This document shows, piece after piece, positions 1 through 8,456 of a DNA stretch of 32,000 nt. Position numbers and translations under genes: made by a program. The stretch's first letter is position 1, and the number at the start of each line of letters is the position of its first letter. The notes under the pieces were generated by a model. That model saw nothing but the letters and a program-made list of their open reading frames with translations. It was not told the origin of the DNA and ran no database searches. The DNA is taken from positions 180,001 through 212,000 of the forward strand of contig CP011211.1 in the NCBI GenBank assembly GCA_001029695.1. The letters are read 5' to 3'. The DNA is from Candidatus Saccharimonadota bacterium. GTDB lineage: Bacteria > Patescibacteriota > Saccharimonadia > Saccharimonadales > Saccharimonadaceae.

Positions 1-192
1 CTTACGGAGCGCCGAGTTTGGCTTCTTTGGTGTTTTTGTTGTTACCTTGATACAAACACCACGCTTAAGTGGACTTGTCTGCTCGTAGTAACGAACCTTT
101 AGTGCGTTATGGATACGACCAAGCGCAGGTGACTTCGACTTTTTCGCCGCAGTCTTGCGTGGCTTACGCACCAATTGATTGATTGTTGGCAT
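1..192 (-). CDS. rpsL: 30S ribosomal protein S12, first 64 codons (gene continues past the left edge)
   Basis: Not in the ORF track because it is truncated. The reverse complement of 1..192 translates to [64 protein letters not shown], the canonical S12 N-terminus. An AAGGGAG Shine-Dalgarno lies about 10 nt upstream of the ATG at 192..190. Confidence 0.93.
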   Translation of the reverse strand, partial: MPTINQLVRKPRKTAAKKSKSPALGRIHNALKVRYYEQTSPLKRGVCIKVTTKTPKKPNSALRK

Positions 193-357
193 TGTTATGC
201 AACTCCCTTGGTAATTTAACATTCTTTATAGAGACAAGAAATCGTCTCTGGTACGAGTTGGATTCAGCAGCTCCGCCTCGTGTCATACTACAAAACTTTA
301 GTTCACGCGTACACATTCAATGCGTTTACTAATTTTCGTAGAGGAAACTCATCTGAC

Positions 358-386
358 AGTATAGCAAATTATTTGCTTTTTAACAA
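358..386 (-). promoter_or_regulatory. Putative sigma70-type promoter of rpsL (TTGTTA-17 nt-TATACT), implying a 5' UTR of about 160 nt
   Basis: On the minus strand, -35 TTGTTA is at 386..381, the spacer is exactly 17 nt, and -10 TATACT is at 363..358. The leader contains the hairpin AGAGAC-N8-GTCTCT. Confidence 0.5.
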
Positions 387-417
387 TAAGACTACGGCGA
401 TTATGCCGTAGTCTTAT
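386..417 (-). terminator. Perfect 13-bp stem-loop (ATAAGACTACGGC / GCCGTAGTCTTAT, 6-nt loop) ending the upstream cassette; abuts the rpsL -35
   Basis: The inverted repeat was read directly. The trailing T-tract on the minus strand is weak (ATTGTT), so termination efficiency is uncertain. Confidence 0.5.
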
Positions 418-424
418 AATCATT

Positions 425-497
425 CGAAAGTGAGCCTGCCAAAAGGAGCTCATGCTACGAATATCTCCATTCGTGAGCAGGCTCAACTTTCGGCAGG
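425..497 (-). repeat. Long imperfect inverted repeat / extended stem-loop just after the stop of the 112-aa ORF
   Basis: CGAAAGTGAGCCTGC (425..439) pairs with GCAGGCTCAACTTTCG (477..492), with a 1-nt bulge and a 37-nt loop. CCTGCC (435..440) can alternatively pair with GGCAGG (492..497). Confidence 0.45.
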
Positions 498-504
498 GTT
501 GTAC

Positions 505-843
505 TCATGCAGCAGGGTTTTTCAATCGATCACCAATTTGAGCGCTGATCTCCTCTATCTCTTGGCGCGCTGGTGAGTTTTCGGCGAGAATCTCATTGAA
601 ACTCCCAATAAGTGTCCTCGCGATGAACCTGTACTTTGCACATGTTGGCTGCTTTTCCGAATCACTACGGATCCTGTACAGCTCGTCATATACACCTCTT
701 GCGTCGTAAGCCATGAGTAATTCATGCAGCTTCTCGCCATGATGGCGATTGAAATCCTCGTGACGATCTAGTGCTTTACGTATTACATCGAACCAAGGTC
801 GATAAACACTACTCACCAGGTCCTGAGAAAATACTTTACTCAT
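505..843 (-). CDS. Hypothetical protein, 112 aa from ATG 843 (115 aa if GTG 852 is used); predicted all-helical; downstream gene of the two-gene cassette
   Basis: ORF-track entry 505..852. The GTG at 852 overlaps the upstream TGA (GTGA). An ATG at 843 lies 5 nt after that stop and is preceded by AGGGTGA. No family motif was recognised. Confidence 0.6.
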   Translation of the reverse strand: MSKVFSQDLVSSVYRPWFDVIRKALDRHEDFNRHHGEKLHELLMAYDARGVYDELYRIRSDSEKQPTCAKYRFIARTLIGSFNEILAENSPARQEIEEISAQIGDRLKNPAA

Positions 844-848
844 AAAGA

Positions 849-1043
849 TCACCCTGTTTCGATTGCACTCGTGTTCAAAGTTGGCTCGTCCGACTTTTCA
901 TTGTCGAGCAAGGCAAGAACACCAGTTGGTTGTATCACGGCAGCGTCGTAGCTATTGTTCGCCAAAGCCGCGCGAGTGAAGTGTCCTACAGTTACTTCGG
1001 TATCCGTCCTACTAAAAGGAGGGACCACTCTTCTGCATGACAT
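849..1043 (-). CDS. Hypothetical 64-aa protein with an acidic C-terminal tail; upstream gene of the cassette (antitoxin-like position)
   Basis: AAGGAG lies 5 nt upstream of ATG 1043. The stop overlaps or abuts the start of the next ORF. The sequence TEVTVGHFTRAALANNSYDAAVIQPTGVLALLDNEKSDEP weakly resembles the Phd/YefM pattern. Confidence 0.6.
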   Translation of the reverse strand: MSCRRVVPPFSRTDTEVTVGHFTRAALANNSYDAAVIQPTGVLALLDNEKSDEPTLNTSAIETG

Positions 1044-1094
1044 TACGTCTCCTTATGCTGAGTAGACATGTACTTACCTGTATGGTACCTTCTT

Positions 1095-1123
1095 ATAATA
1101 ACCCCTTGTACTTGCGGTTTCAA
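1095..1123 (-). promoter_or_regulatory. Near-consensus promoter of the cassette (TTGAAA-17 nt-TATTAT)
   Basis: On the minus strand, -35 is at 1123..1118, the spacer is 17 nt, and -10 is at 1100..1095, about 50 nt upstream of ATG 1043. Confidence 0.55.
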
Positions 1124-1221
1124 CCACTTTCATGGTTTTTGTAAGATTTCTTACTGCGAGACTCGTCGATATGATCGCCGAGCGGCTAACAATAAACCAG
1201 TCCGAGTAAACGACTACATCT

Positions 1222-1252
1222 AAAAAACACCCGCATCGAGCGGGTGTTTTTT
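1222..1252 (-). terminator. Rho-independent (bidirectional-type) terminator after rpoC
   Basis: AAAAAA-CACCCGC-ATCGA-GCGGGTG-TTTTTT, 16 nt after the rpoC stop (1268). Confidence 0.85.
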
Positions 1253-1267
1253 AGAAGAGTAAAAACT

Positions 1268-4200
1268 CTACTCTGCGATGTCGAGGATCTCTTCGACTTC
1301 AACTTCCGTAATAACTTCCTCAGGAGTATTAACAATCGCACCAGTTCCCACAGGGATCTTACGTCCGATGATAACATTCTCCTTGAGTCCGTGAAGACGG
1401 TCAGCGCGTCCACTTGTTGCTGCGCTAATCAAGACACGAGTCGTATCTTGGAATGACGCTGCAGAAAGCCAACTATCGCTCCAGATCGATACCTTCGTGA
1501 TACCGAGGAGTAGCTGCGTATACTGCACAAGTTCTTGGCCGCGTGCCGCGAGTTCTGCGTTTGCATCGACGACTGCAGCTTTTGATACGATATCGCCAGT
1601 TACAAACGTGCTCTCGCCTGGATCTTCCACCTGAACACGACTGAACATCTGTCGCACAATGATCTCAAGGTGCTTGTCAGCAACATCTTGACCCTGTGCC
1701 GCATAGATGCGCAGTACTTCGTTAATGATGTAACGTTGAGTCGCCTCAGTACCCTTAAGTCGCATGAGATCATGCAAGTTCAGTGATCCGATAGTGAGAC
1801 GATCACCCGCCTCAACCTGATCATTCGCTCGAACAACAAGTTGCGTGTTGCCTGGAATCTCGTAACGTACTGGTGCGCCTGCGTTTGCAGCAAGTACCAA
1901 TGTGTCTTCAGCAACCTCTACGACACCATCAAATGGCGCAACGAGCGGTCGAGCTTCACCTTCGCTTGATGCAAGAACGTCACCAACCTTTACATTACTT
2001 CCTGACTTCACGTTGATCGTACGGCCTTCAAGAGCAATTCGCTCAACATGGCCAGCTTCAGGTGTTACCTGGACGATGTACTTCTTGCCATCTTCCCAAA
2101 TATCAACCGTACCAGTTACTTCAGTGACAAACGCCTGACCCTTTGGTGAACGGGCTTCAAAGAGCTCTTCAACACGAGGGAGACCCTGTGTGATGTCTCC
2201 ACCAGCAACACCACCGGCGTGGAAGGTTCGAAGCGTTAGCTGTGTACCAGGCTCACCGACAGACTGTGCGGCGATAACACCAACCGGCTGTGCATTTGCA
2301 ACAAGACTACCAGTTGACATATCGATACCGTAGCTCTTCTTTGGAATACCACGAAGGTTCTTTGTAGAGAGTACAGATTGGATCTTTACTTCATCAATTG
2401 AGCTATCAGCTTCAATTGCTTCAGCTACACTCATCGTAATGAGCTCATCCTTCTTGATATGTGATCCCACATCTTCAGCTGTGAATCGTCCGTAAAGACG
2501 GTTCTTGAAGTCGATCATTGTCTCTTCAGTTTCAGCACGGCGAATAGCGAATCCTTCATCATCACCTTCTTCGTCTTCAACCGTAAAGACATCCTGAGAT
2601 ACATCGACAAGACGACGAGTCAGGTAGCCTGAGTCGGCAGTCTTAAGAGCGGTATCGATCAGACCCTTACGTGCACCACGTGTCGCCACGAATGATTCGA
2701 GTGATGAAAGCCCTGCTTTATAGCTTGAACGAATAGGAAGCTCAATCTCACGGTTTGCTGCATCCACCATGATTCCTACCATCGCAGAAGCAAGCTTCAC
2801 GTTTGAGATATCACCACGGGCACCTGAGTTCACCATGACACTAATGCTTGTATCCATGTTCTTGAGTTGATCTTGCAAGAACTCTGTTACCTTACGGTCA
2901 ACGCCACGCCATGACTGGACGGTCAAGTTGTACCGTTCGTCTTCTGTGATGAGACCTTGGTCGAATTGATCAGAGATCAACGCTGTCTTCTCGTCACCTT
3001 CAGAGACAAATTCACCAATTTCGTCAAAGTTAAGGTAGTCGTCTTTACCTGTCGATACAGCGGCGATTGTCGCAAATCGGAAGGCAAGACCCTTCATGCG
3101 GTCAGCGATCTTTGCTGTTTCCTCTGCATCATACTGGTTGAAAATCTTCGCAAGAACTTTCTTAAGCTGCTTCTTGTTCTGTACGCTATTGTCGTACGGA
3201 TAGTCTGCAGGAAGAATCTCGTTGAAGAAGACGCGTCCAAGTGTTGTATCGCGGATTTCACCCTTCGCAAATACACGAATTGGTGTCTGAAGCTGCAGTA
3301 CACCCTGGTCATATGCCATCTCAGCTTCGTAGACTGAGCTATATGCTTTCGTCTCTTTAGTCTGAGCACTTGGCTTTTCGTAGGTAAGGTAGTAATTACC
3401 AAGGACAACGTCCTGGCCGATATTGAGTACCGGAGCACCATCGGCAGGTTTAAGAAGGTTGTTTGTTGCACTCATGAGTTCGCGAGCTTCACGCTGCGCG
3501 TCGTCAGAAAGTGGCAAGTGAACAGCCATCTGGTCACCATCGTAGTCGGCGTTAAATCCGTTTGCTACGAGTGGGTGAAGTTGGATCGCCTTACCTTCAA
3601 CAAGTACCGGCTGGAATGCCTGAATTGAAAGACGGTGAAGTGACGGCGCACGGTTAAGAAGAACGTACTTACCTTCAATCACTGCGTCGAGTGCGTCCCA
3701 TACCAGTGTGTCGCCCGACTCGATAAGTCGAGTTGCAGAACGGATGTTGTGAGCATGCTCACCACGGATAAGCCAGCTAATGACGAATGGCTTGAATAGC
3801 TCAAGTGCCATTTGCTTTGGTAGACCACATTCAGAAATCTTTAGCTTTGGACCGACAACAATCACTGAACGTCCTGAGTAGTCGACACGTTTACCGAGAA
3901 GGTTCTGACGGAAACGTCCCTGCTTACCCTTGAGCATATCAGAGATTGACTTCAGGCGACGGCGGCCACCAGTTGCGTTAACTGCACGACCACCACGGGC
4001 TGCAGAGTTGTCAACAAGTGCATCAACAGCTTCTTGAAGCATACGCATCTCATTGCGACGGATTACTTCAGGGGCATTGAGGTCGATAAGCTTCTTAAGG
4101 CGATTATTACGGTTGATCACACGACGATAAAGGTCGTTAAGATCAGATGTCGCAAAACGGCCACCTGTAAGCTGTACCATTGGACGAAGATCCGGTGGAA

Positions 4201-5101
4201 TCACAGGAAGAACAGTAAGACATAGGCTGTTTGGACGGATGCCCGCTGCTTGCATACCCTCAAGTACCTTAAGGCGTTTGAGCAGCTTCTTCTCGCGCTG
4301 ACCCTTAGCACCTTCGACTTCTTCACCAAGCTGCTTGATGAGTGTTGGAAGGTCGATTGCATCAAGCATAGCTTTGATTGCCGTACCACCCATACCAACA
4401 GTTGCGAGCTCTTCGTACTCTTCAGGAAGATTGCGGTAGTCAGTTTCGTTAAGAAGTGCACCCTTTACGAGACTATCAAGCTGCGCTTTCTTTGTGTTGA
4501 AACTCTCATTGAGCTCTTCAACTTCTCGTGATTGAGCTGCAGCAAGTGCTTTTACGTCAGCACCTTCAGCTTCAGCTTCTTTTTCGTAGCGGATCTTGAT
4601 CGCCATGCGACCAGCTTCAGTCTCTGCTTCTAGATCAGCGAGGAATTGATCGCGCTTTTCAGTCTCTACATCAAGGATGATATAGCTTGCAAAGTATGCT
4701 ACGCGCTCGATATTTCGAACCGTAATACCAAGAAGCAAGCTCATCGCACTTGGCGTACCGCGCATAAACCAGATGTGTGCAACTGGAGCAGCGAGGTTGA
4801 TGTGTCCCATTCGCTCACGACGGACGATAGACTTAGTGACAAGCTCACCGTTCTTATCGATCGCTGCTTCACGAGAGCGGACGCCCTTAAGCTTACTGTC
4901 GTGTGGATTAATATCTTTCACTGGTCCGAAGATTCGTTCACAGAAAAGTCCATCACGCTCAGGCTTTTGAGTACGATAGTTGATTGTTTCTGGCTTAGTG
5001 ACTTCACCGTGACTCCACTTAAGCATGTCCTCTGGACTTGCTACGGCGAGACGTACAGCGTCAAAGTCAGCAATACCGGTGCCTGCAACAACTCGTGACA
5101 T
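1268..5101 (-). CDS. rpoC: DNA-directed RNA polymerase subunit beta-prime (1277 aa)
   Basis: Catalytic NADYDGDQMAVH is present, along with RRERMGHI, GYLTRRLVDV and AAQSVGEPGTQLTLRTFH blocks. The start is 1 nt after the rpoB stop, with GGAGGAGG upstream. Confidence 0.98.
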   Translation of the reverse strand: MSRVVAGTGIADFDAVRLAVASPEDMLKWSHGEVTKPETINYRTQKPERDGLFCERIFGPVKDINPHDSKLKGVRSREAAIDKNGELVTKSIVRRERMGHINLAAPVAHIWFMRGTPSAMSLLLGITVRNIERVAYFASYIILDVETEKRDQFLADLEAETEAGRMAIKIRYEKEAEAEGADVKALAAAQSREVEELNESFNTKKAQLDSLVKGALLNETDYRNLPEEYEELATVGMGGTAIKAMLDAIDLPTLIKQLGEEVEGAKGQREKKLLKRLKVLEGMQAAGIRPNSLCLTVLPVIPPDLRPMVQLTGGRFATSDLNDLYRRVINRNNRLKKLIDLNAPEVIRRNEMRMLQEAVDALVDNSAARGGRAVNATGGRRRLKSISDMLKGKQGRFRQNLLGKRVDYSGRSVIVVGPKLKISECGLPKQMALELFKPFVISWLIRGEHAHNIRSATRLIESGDTLVWDALDAVIEGKYVLLNRAPSLHRLSIQAFQPVLVEGKAIQLHPLVANGFNADYDGDQMAVHLPLSDDAQREARELMSATNNLLKPADGAPVLNIGQDVVLGNYYLTYEKPSAQTKETKAYSSVYEAEMAYDQGVLQLQTPIRVFAKGEIRDTTLGRVFFNEILPADYPYDNSVQNKKQLKKVLAKIFNQYDAEETAKIADRMKGLAFRFATIAAVSTGKDDYLNFDEIGEFVSEGDEKTALISDQFDQGLITEDERYNLTVQSWRGVDRKVTEFLQDQLKNMDTSISVMVNSGARGDISNVKLASAMVGIMVDAANREIELPIRSSYKAGLSSLESFVATRGARKGLIDTALKTADSGYLTRRLVDVSQDVFTVEDEEGDDEGFAIRRAETEETMIDFKNRLYGRFTAEDVGSHIKKDELITMSVAEAIEADSSIDEVKIQSVLSTKNLRGIPKKSYGIDMSTGSLVANAQPVGVIAAQSVGEPGTQLTLRTFHAGGVAGGDITQGLPRVEELFEARSPKGQAFVTEVTGTVDIWEDGKKYIVQVTPEAGHVERIALEGRTINVKSGSNVKVGDVLASSEGEARPLVAPFDGVVEVAEDTLVLAANAGAPVRYEIPGNTQLVVRANDQVEAGDRLTIGSLNLHDLMRLKGTEATQRYIINEVLRIYAAQGQDVADKHLEIIVRQMFSRVQVEDPGESTFVTGDIVSKAAVVDANAELAARGQELVQYTQLLLGITKVSIWSDSWLSAASFQDTTRVLISAATSGRADRLHGLKENVIIGRKIPVGTGAIVNTPEEVITEVEVEEILDIAE

Positions 5102-5102
5102 A

Positions 5103-8100
5103 TTACACCTCCTCCTTAATTTCTTCTACTTCATCAATATCTTGAATACTCATTCCATCTTCAATGTCACCGAACTCGTCAGCTTCATCGAGAACTGTCT
5201 CTTCGTCGTCTGAACTTGGTACCATTGGCACTGACTTATCAGCTGGACCACTTTCGGCGATGATTTCTTCAGCATCAATCACAGCATCTTCTGACTCATC
5301 AAGAAGATCAACACGAAGACCAAGCCCCTGAAGCTCCTTCACGAGTACGTTGAATGATTCTGGAAGTTTCGGTCCAACAATCGCTTCGTTCTTAATGATT
5401 GATTCGTACGCCTTTGCACGACCATATACATCATCAGACTTGATAGTAAGCATTTCTTGAAGTGTCGTGGCAGCGCCATAAGCTTCAAGTGCCCATACTT
5501 CCATTTCTCCGAATCGCTGTCCACCATTTTGCGCTTTACCGCCAAGTGGCTGCTGAGTCACCATCGTGTATGGACCAGTCGAGCGAGCGTGAATCTTATC
5601 GCTCACCATGTGGTGAAGCTTAATAATATGCATCACACCAACAGTCGTACGTTCTTCAAATGGCTCACCAGTTCGTCCGTCAAAGAGCTGGCTCTTTCCG
5701 TCACGTGCATAACCGGCTTTTTCAAGCTCAGAGCTAATCGTCTCATCAGTCACACCGTTAAATGGTGGGGTTGCAACCTTGTAGCCAAGTGCTCGCGCCG
5801 CCATACCGAGGTGTGTTTCAAAGAGCTGACCAATATTCATACGGCTTGGAACACCAAGTGGGTTCAAGACAACATCTACTGGAGTACCGTCTTCCATAAA
5901 TGGCATATCCTCGATTGGGAGAATACGGGCCACAACACCCTTGTTACCGTGACGACCCGCAAGCTTGTCTCCAACAGAGATTTTACGAAGCTGTGCAACG
6001 AAAATCTGGATCTGCATAAGTACGCCAGCTTTTAGTTCATGACCATTCTCACGTGAGAAGATCTTTACGCCGACAACTTTACCACCACCAGCGTTATTCA
6101 TACGCTGAGAGGTATCGCGAACGTCTTTAGCCTTCTCGCCGAAGATCGCGCGAAGGAGTCGCTCCTCAGAACTGAGCTCTTGCTCACCCTTTGGTGTAAT
6201 TTTACCGACAAGCACATCGCCAGCTTTTACTTCAGAACCAATTTGAACGATACCGTTCTCATCAAGGTGACGAAGTGATTCTTCACTAACGTTTGGAATG
6301 TCACGTGTGACAATCTCTGGACCTAGCTTCGTCTCACGAACTTCTACATTGTAGTCCTTGATGTTGATGCTTGTGAGGGCATCCTCTTTGACGATACGAT
6401 CAGAAAGAACGATCGCGTCATCCATGTTGTAACCACCCCAAGGCATAAATGCCACAGTAAGGTCACGACCAAGTGCAAGTTCACCGTCAGCAACAGATGC
6501 ACCTTCGATAAGAATATCGCCAGCTTTCACCTTCTGACCACGTGTAACACATACTTTTTGGTTGATTGAGCGATCATCGTTACTCTTCGTAAAGTGGATC
6601 GGCTCGTAAATCTTTACACCATCAGAGTACTTTACATGTACTTCGTCAGCATCAGCACGAACAACTTCACCGTCACCTTCGGCAACAACAAGCTGACTTG
6701 TGTTGCGAGCAACTTCTGCTTCAATACCCGTTCCAACAGTTGGAGACTCAGGGGTAATAAGCGGCACTGCCTGTCGTTGCATGTTTGAACCCGTAAGTGA
6801 ACGGTCAACACGGTTTTTCTCAATAAATGGCACGAGAGATGCAGTAGAACCAAGAATTTGCTTATGAGCAGCATCAAGGTACGTTACTTCGCTAGCATCA
6901 ACCTGCTCAGGGAGCAGACCGTTACGAGCACTGACGCGCTCAGCAGCAAATGAACCATCATCGTTCAAAGCAGCACCGGCATCAGCGATCACTTCAACGA
7001 TCTCTTGACTTGCGTCAAGATAGACAATCTCATCAGTCACTTTACTGTCTTTTACCTTGAGGTAAGGAGTTTCAATAAAGCCGTATTCATTGACACGAGC
7101 ATAGGTTGCAAGGTTGAGTACAAGTCCAATGTTCGCACCTTCAGGTGTCTCAACAGAACAAAGACGACCGTAGTGAGTTGGGTGCGCATCACGCACGTCA
7201 AATCCAGCGCGCTCACGTGAAAGTCCTCCAGGACCCATTGAGCTAAGGCGTCGTTTGTGTGAAAGTTCAGCAAGTGGGTTTGTCCCATCCATAAGCTGTG
7301 AAAGCTGTGAACTTGCAAAGAATTCGCGAACCGCTGCAACAACTGGACGAGCATTGATAAGCTGTCCCGGCGTTACATTCTCGAGGTCGCTCATGCTCAT
7401 ACGATCCATAGCATTTCGTTGCATACGAAGCATACCAACACGGAACTGACGAGCAACAAGCTCACCAACAAGCTTCACACGACGATTCGAAAGTGCATCG
7501 ATATCATCTGGAAGTTCCTGTGTGTTGTTGAGACGGATAATCTCTTTGATGATTGCGATAAGGTCGCTCATCTGGAAGACACGGTTTTCAGTCGTGTTGG
7601 CAACTTCCAGGTTGAGGCGCTGGTTGAGCTTATAGCGACCGACGCGACTATAGTCAAATCGCTTGAAATCAAAGAACATCTTCTCGATCATGCCACGAGC
7701 ATTCTCTACTGTCGCAAGATCGCCTGGACGAAGACGACGGTACACTTCGATAAGTGCTTCGTTTGAACCGCGTGCTGGATCTTTTTCAAGTGTTGCGTCG
7801 ATGTACTTCACATCACCCGTGTCAACGTCTTCAAAAATACTTTTGATTTCGCTCGTCTTGTTGTGGCCAAGAGCGCGAAGAAGCGTTGTGACAGGAAGTT
7901 TGCGTCGACGATCGATCTTGACGAAGATCGCACCGTTGCTTGCAGTCTCAAACTCAAGCCATGCACCACGGCCAGGGATAAGTTTCGCGCCGTAGTTATT
8001 ACGACCAGCAGCGCTATCAGCTGTAAAGAATACACCCGAGCTACGAATAAGTTGAGATACAACAACACGCTCTGTACCGTTAATGATAAATGTACCGCGG

Positions 8101-8456
8101 TCAGTCATCCATGGATAATCACCAAGGTAAATCTCTTGCTCTTTTACTTCACCAGTTACTTTGTTTGTTAGCTCAACGTTTACGTGAAGCGGCGCATCAA
8201 AAGTAAGGTTATTTTCCTTTGTGTCGACTTCTGTAACTTTTGGATCCTGGAACGCATATTCCTTGAATCGAAGTTCAAGCTTTTGGCCTGTGTAATCCTC
8301 GATAGGATTTAGTTCTGAAAAGATCTCGCTCAAGCCAGTCTCGACGAATTCACGCCAGCTGTCTTTTTGGTGAGCGATGAGATTTGGTAGTGGTAATGCA
8401 GTGTCGTCCTTTGTGAAAAAGACACGCTTACCAGCATTAGGCTTGGTATTTGCCAT
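5103..8456 (-). CDS. rpoB: DNA-directed RNA polymerase subunit beta (1117 aa from ATG 8456)
   Basis: Conserved blocks NMQRQAVPL, GRHGNKGVV and PSRMNIGQ are present. GAGGAG lies 5 nt upstream of ATG 8456, so the track start at 8471 is probably a 5-codon over-extension. Confidence 0.97.
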   Translation of the reverse strand: MANTKPNAGKRVFFTKDDTALPLPNLIAHQKDSWREFVETGLSEIFSELNPIEDYTGQKLELRFKEYAFQDPKVTEVDTKENNLTFDAPLHVNVELTNKVTGEVKEQEIYLGDYPWMTDRGTFIINGTERVVVSQLIRSSGVFFTADSAAGRNNYGAKLIPGRGAWLEFETASNGAIFVKIDRRRKLPVTTLLRALGHNKTSEIKSIFEDVDTGDVKYIDATLEKDPARGSNEALIEVYRRLRPGDLATVENARGMIEKMFFDFKRFDYSRVGRYKLNQRLNLEVANTTENRVFQMSDLIAIIKEIIRLNNTQELPDDIDALSNRRVKLVGELVARQFRVGMLRMQRNAMDRMSMSDLENVTPGQLINARPVVAAVREFFASSQLSQLMDGTNPLAELSHKRRLSSMGPGGLSRERAGFDVRDAHPTHYGRLCSVETPEGANIGLVLNLATYARVNEYGFIETPYLKVKDSKVTDEIVYLDASQEIVEVIADAGAALNDDGSFAAERVSARNGLLPEQVDASEVTYLDAAHKQILGSTASLVPFIEKNRVDRSLTGSNMQRQAVPLITPESPTVGTGIEAEVARNTSQLVVAEGDGEVVRADADEVHVKYSDGVKIYEPIHFTKSNDDRSINQKVCVTRGQKVKAGDILIEGASVADGELALGRDLTVAFMPWGGYNMDDAIVLSDRIVKEDALTSINIKDYNVEVRETKLGPEIVTRDIPNVSEESLRHLDENGIVQIGSEVKAGDVLVGKITPKGEQELSSEERLLRAIFGEKAKDVRDTSQRMNNAGGGKVVGVKIFSRENGHELKAGVLMQIQIFVAQLRKISVGDKLAGRHGNKGVVARILPIEDMPFMEDGTPVDVVLNPLGVPSRMNIGQLFETHLGMAARALGYKVATPPFNGVTDETISSELEKAGYARDGKSQLFDGRTGEPFEERTTVGVMHIIKLHHMVSDKIHARSTGPYTMVTQQPLGGKAQNGGQRFGEMEVWALEAYGAATTLQEMLTIKSDDVYGRAKAYESIIKNEAIVGPKLPESFNVLVKELQGLGLRVDLLDESEDAVIDAEEIIAESGPADKSVPMVPSSDDEETVLDEADEFGDIEDGMSIQDIDEVEEIKEEV

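Noticed and set aside
452-541. 29-aa plus-strand ORF (MLRISPFVSRLNFRQGCTHAAGFFNRSPI) preceded by AAGGAG in the loop of the 425..492 hairpin, antisense to the end of the 112-aa gene (type I TA-like idea)
   Set aside because: The Shine-Dalgarno-to-ATG spacing is only 3 nt, there is no promoter, and the peptide is not hydrophobic like type I toxins. It is probably fortuitous.
505-852. HEPN-like Rx4-6H motif (RKALDRH / RHEDFNRH) in the 115-aa protein
   Set aside because: The motif lies near the N-terminus rather than at the start of the last helix as in HEPN RNases, and it could easily occur by chance in a His/Arg-rich helix. It is not used for the call.
1186-8171. Numerous 60-190-aa ORFs on either strand inside rpoC/rpoB (for example 4646..5098 +, 5457..6035 +, 2957..3337 +, 3094..3471 -, 7419..7766 +)
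   Set aside because: They lie wholly within the two long, motif-verified RNAP genes, either antisense or in other frames. They have no Shine-Dalgarno or promoter and low-complexity, odd composition. They are shadow ORFs.
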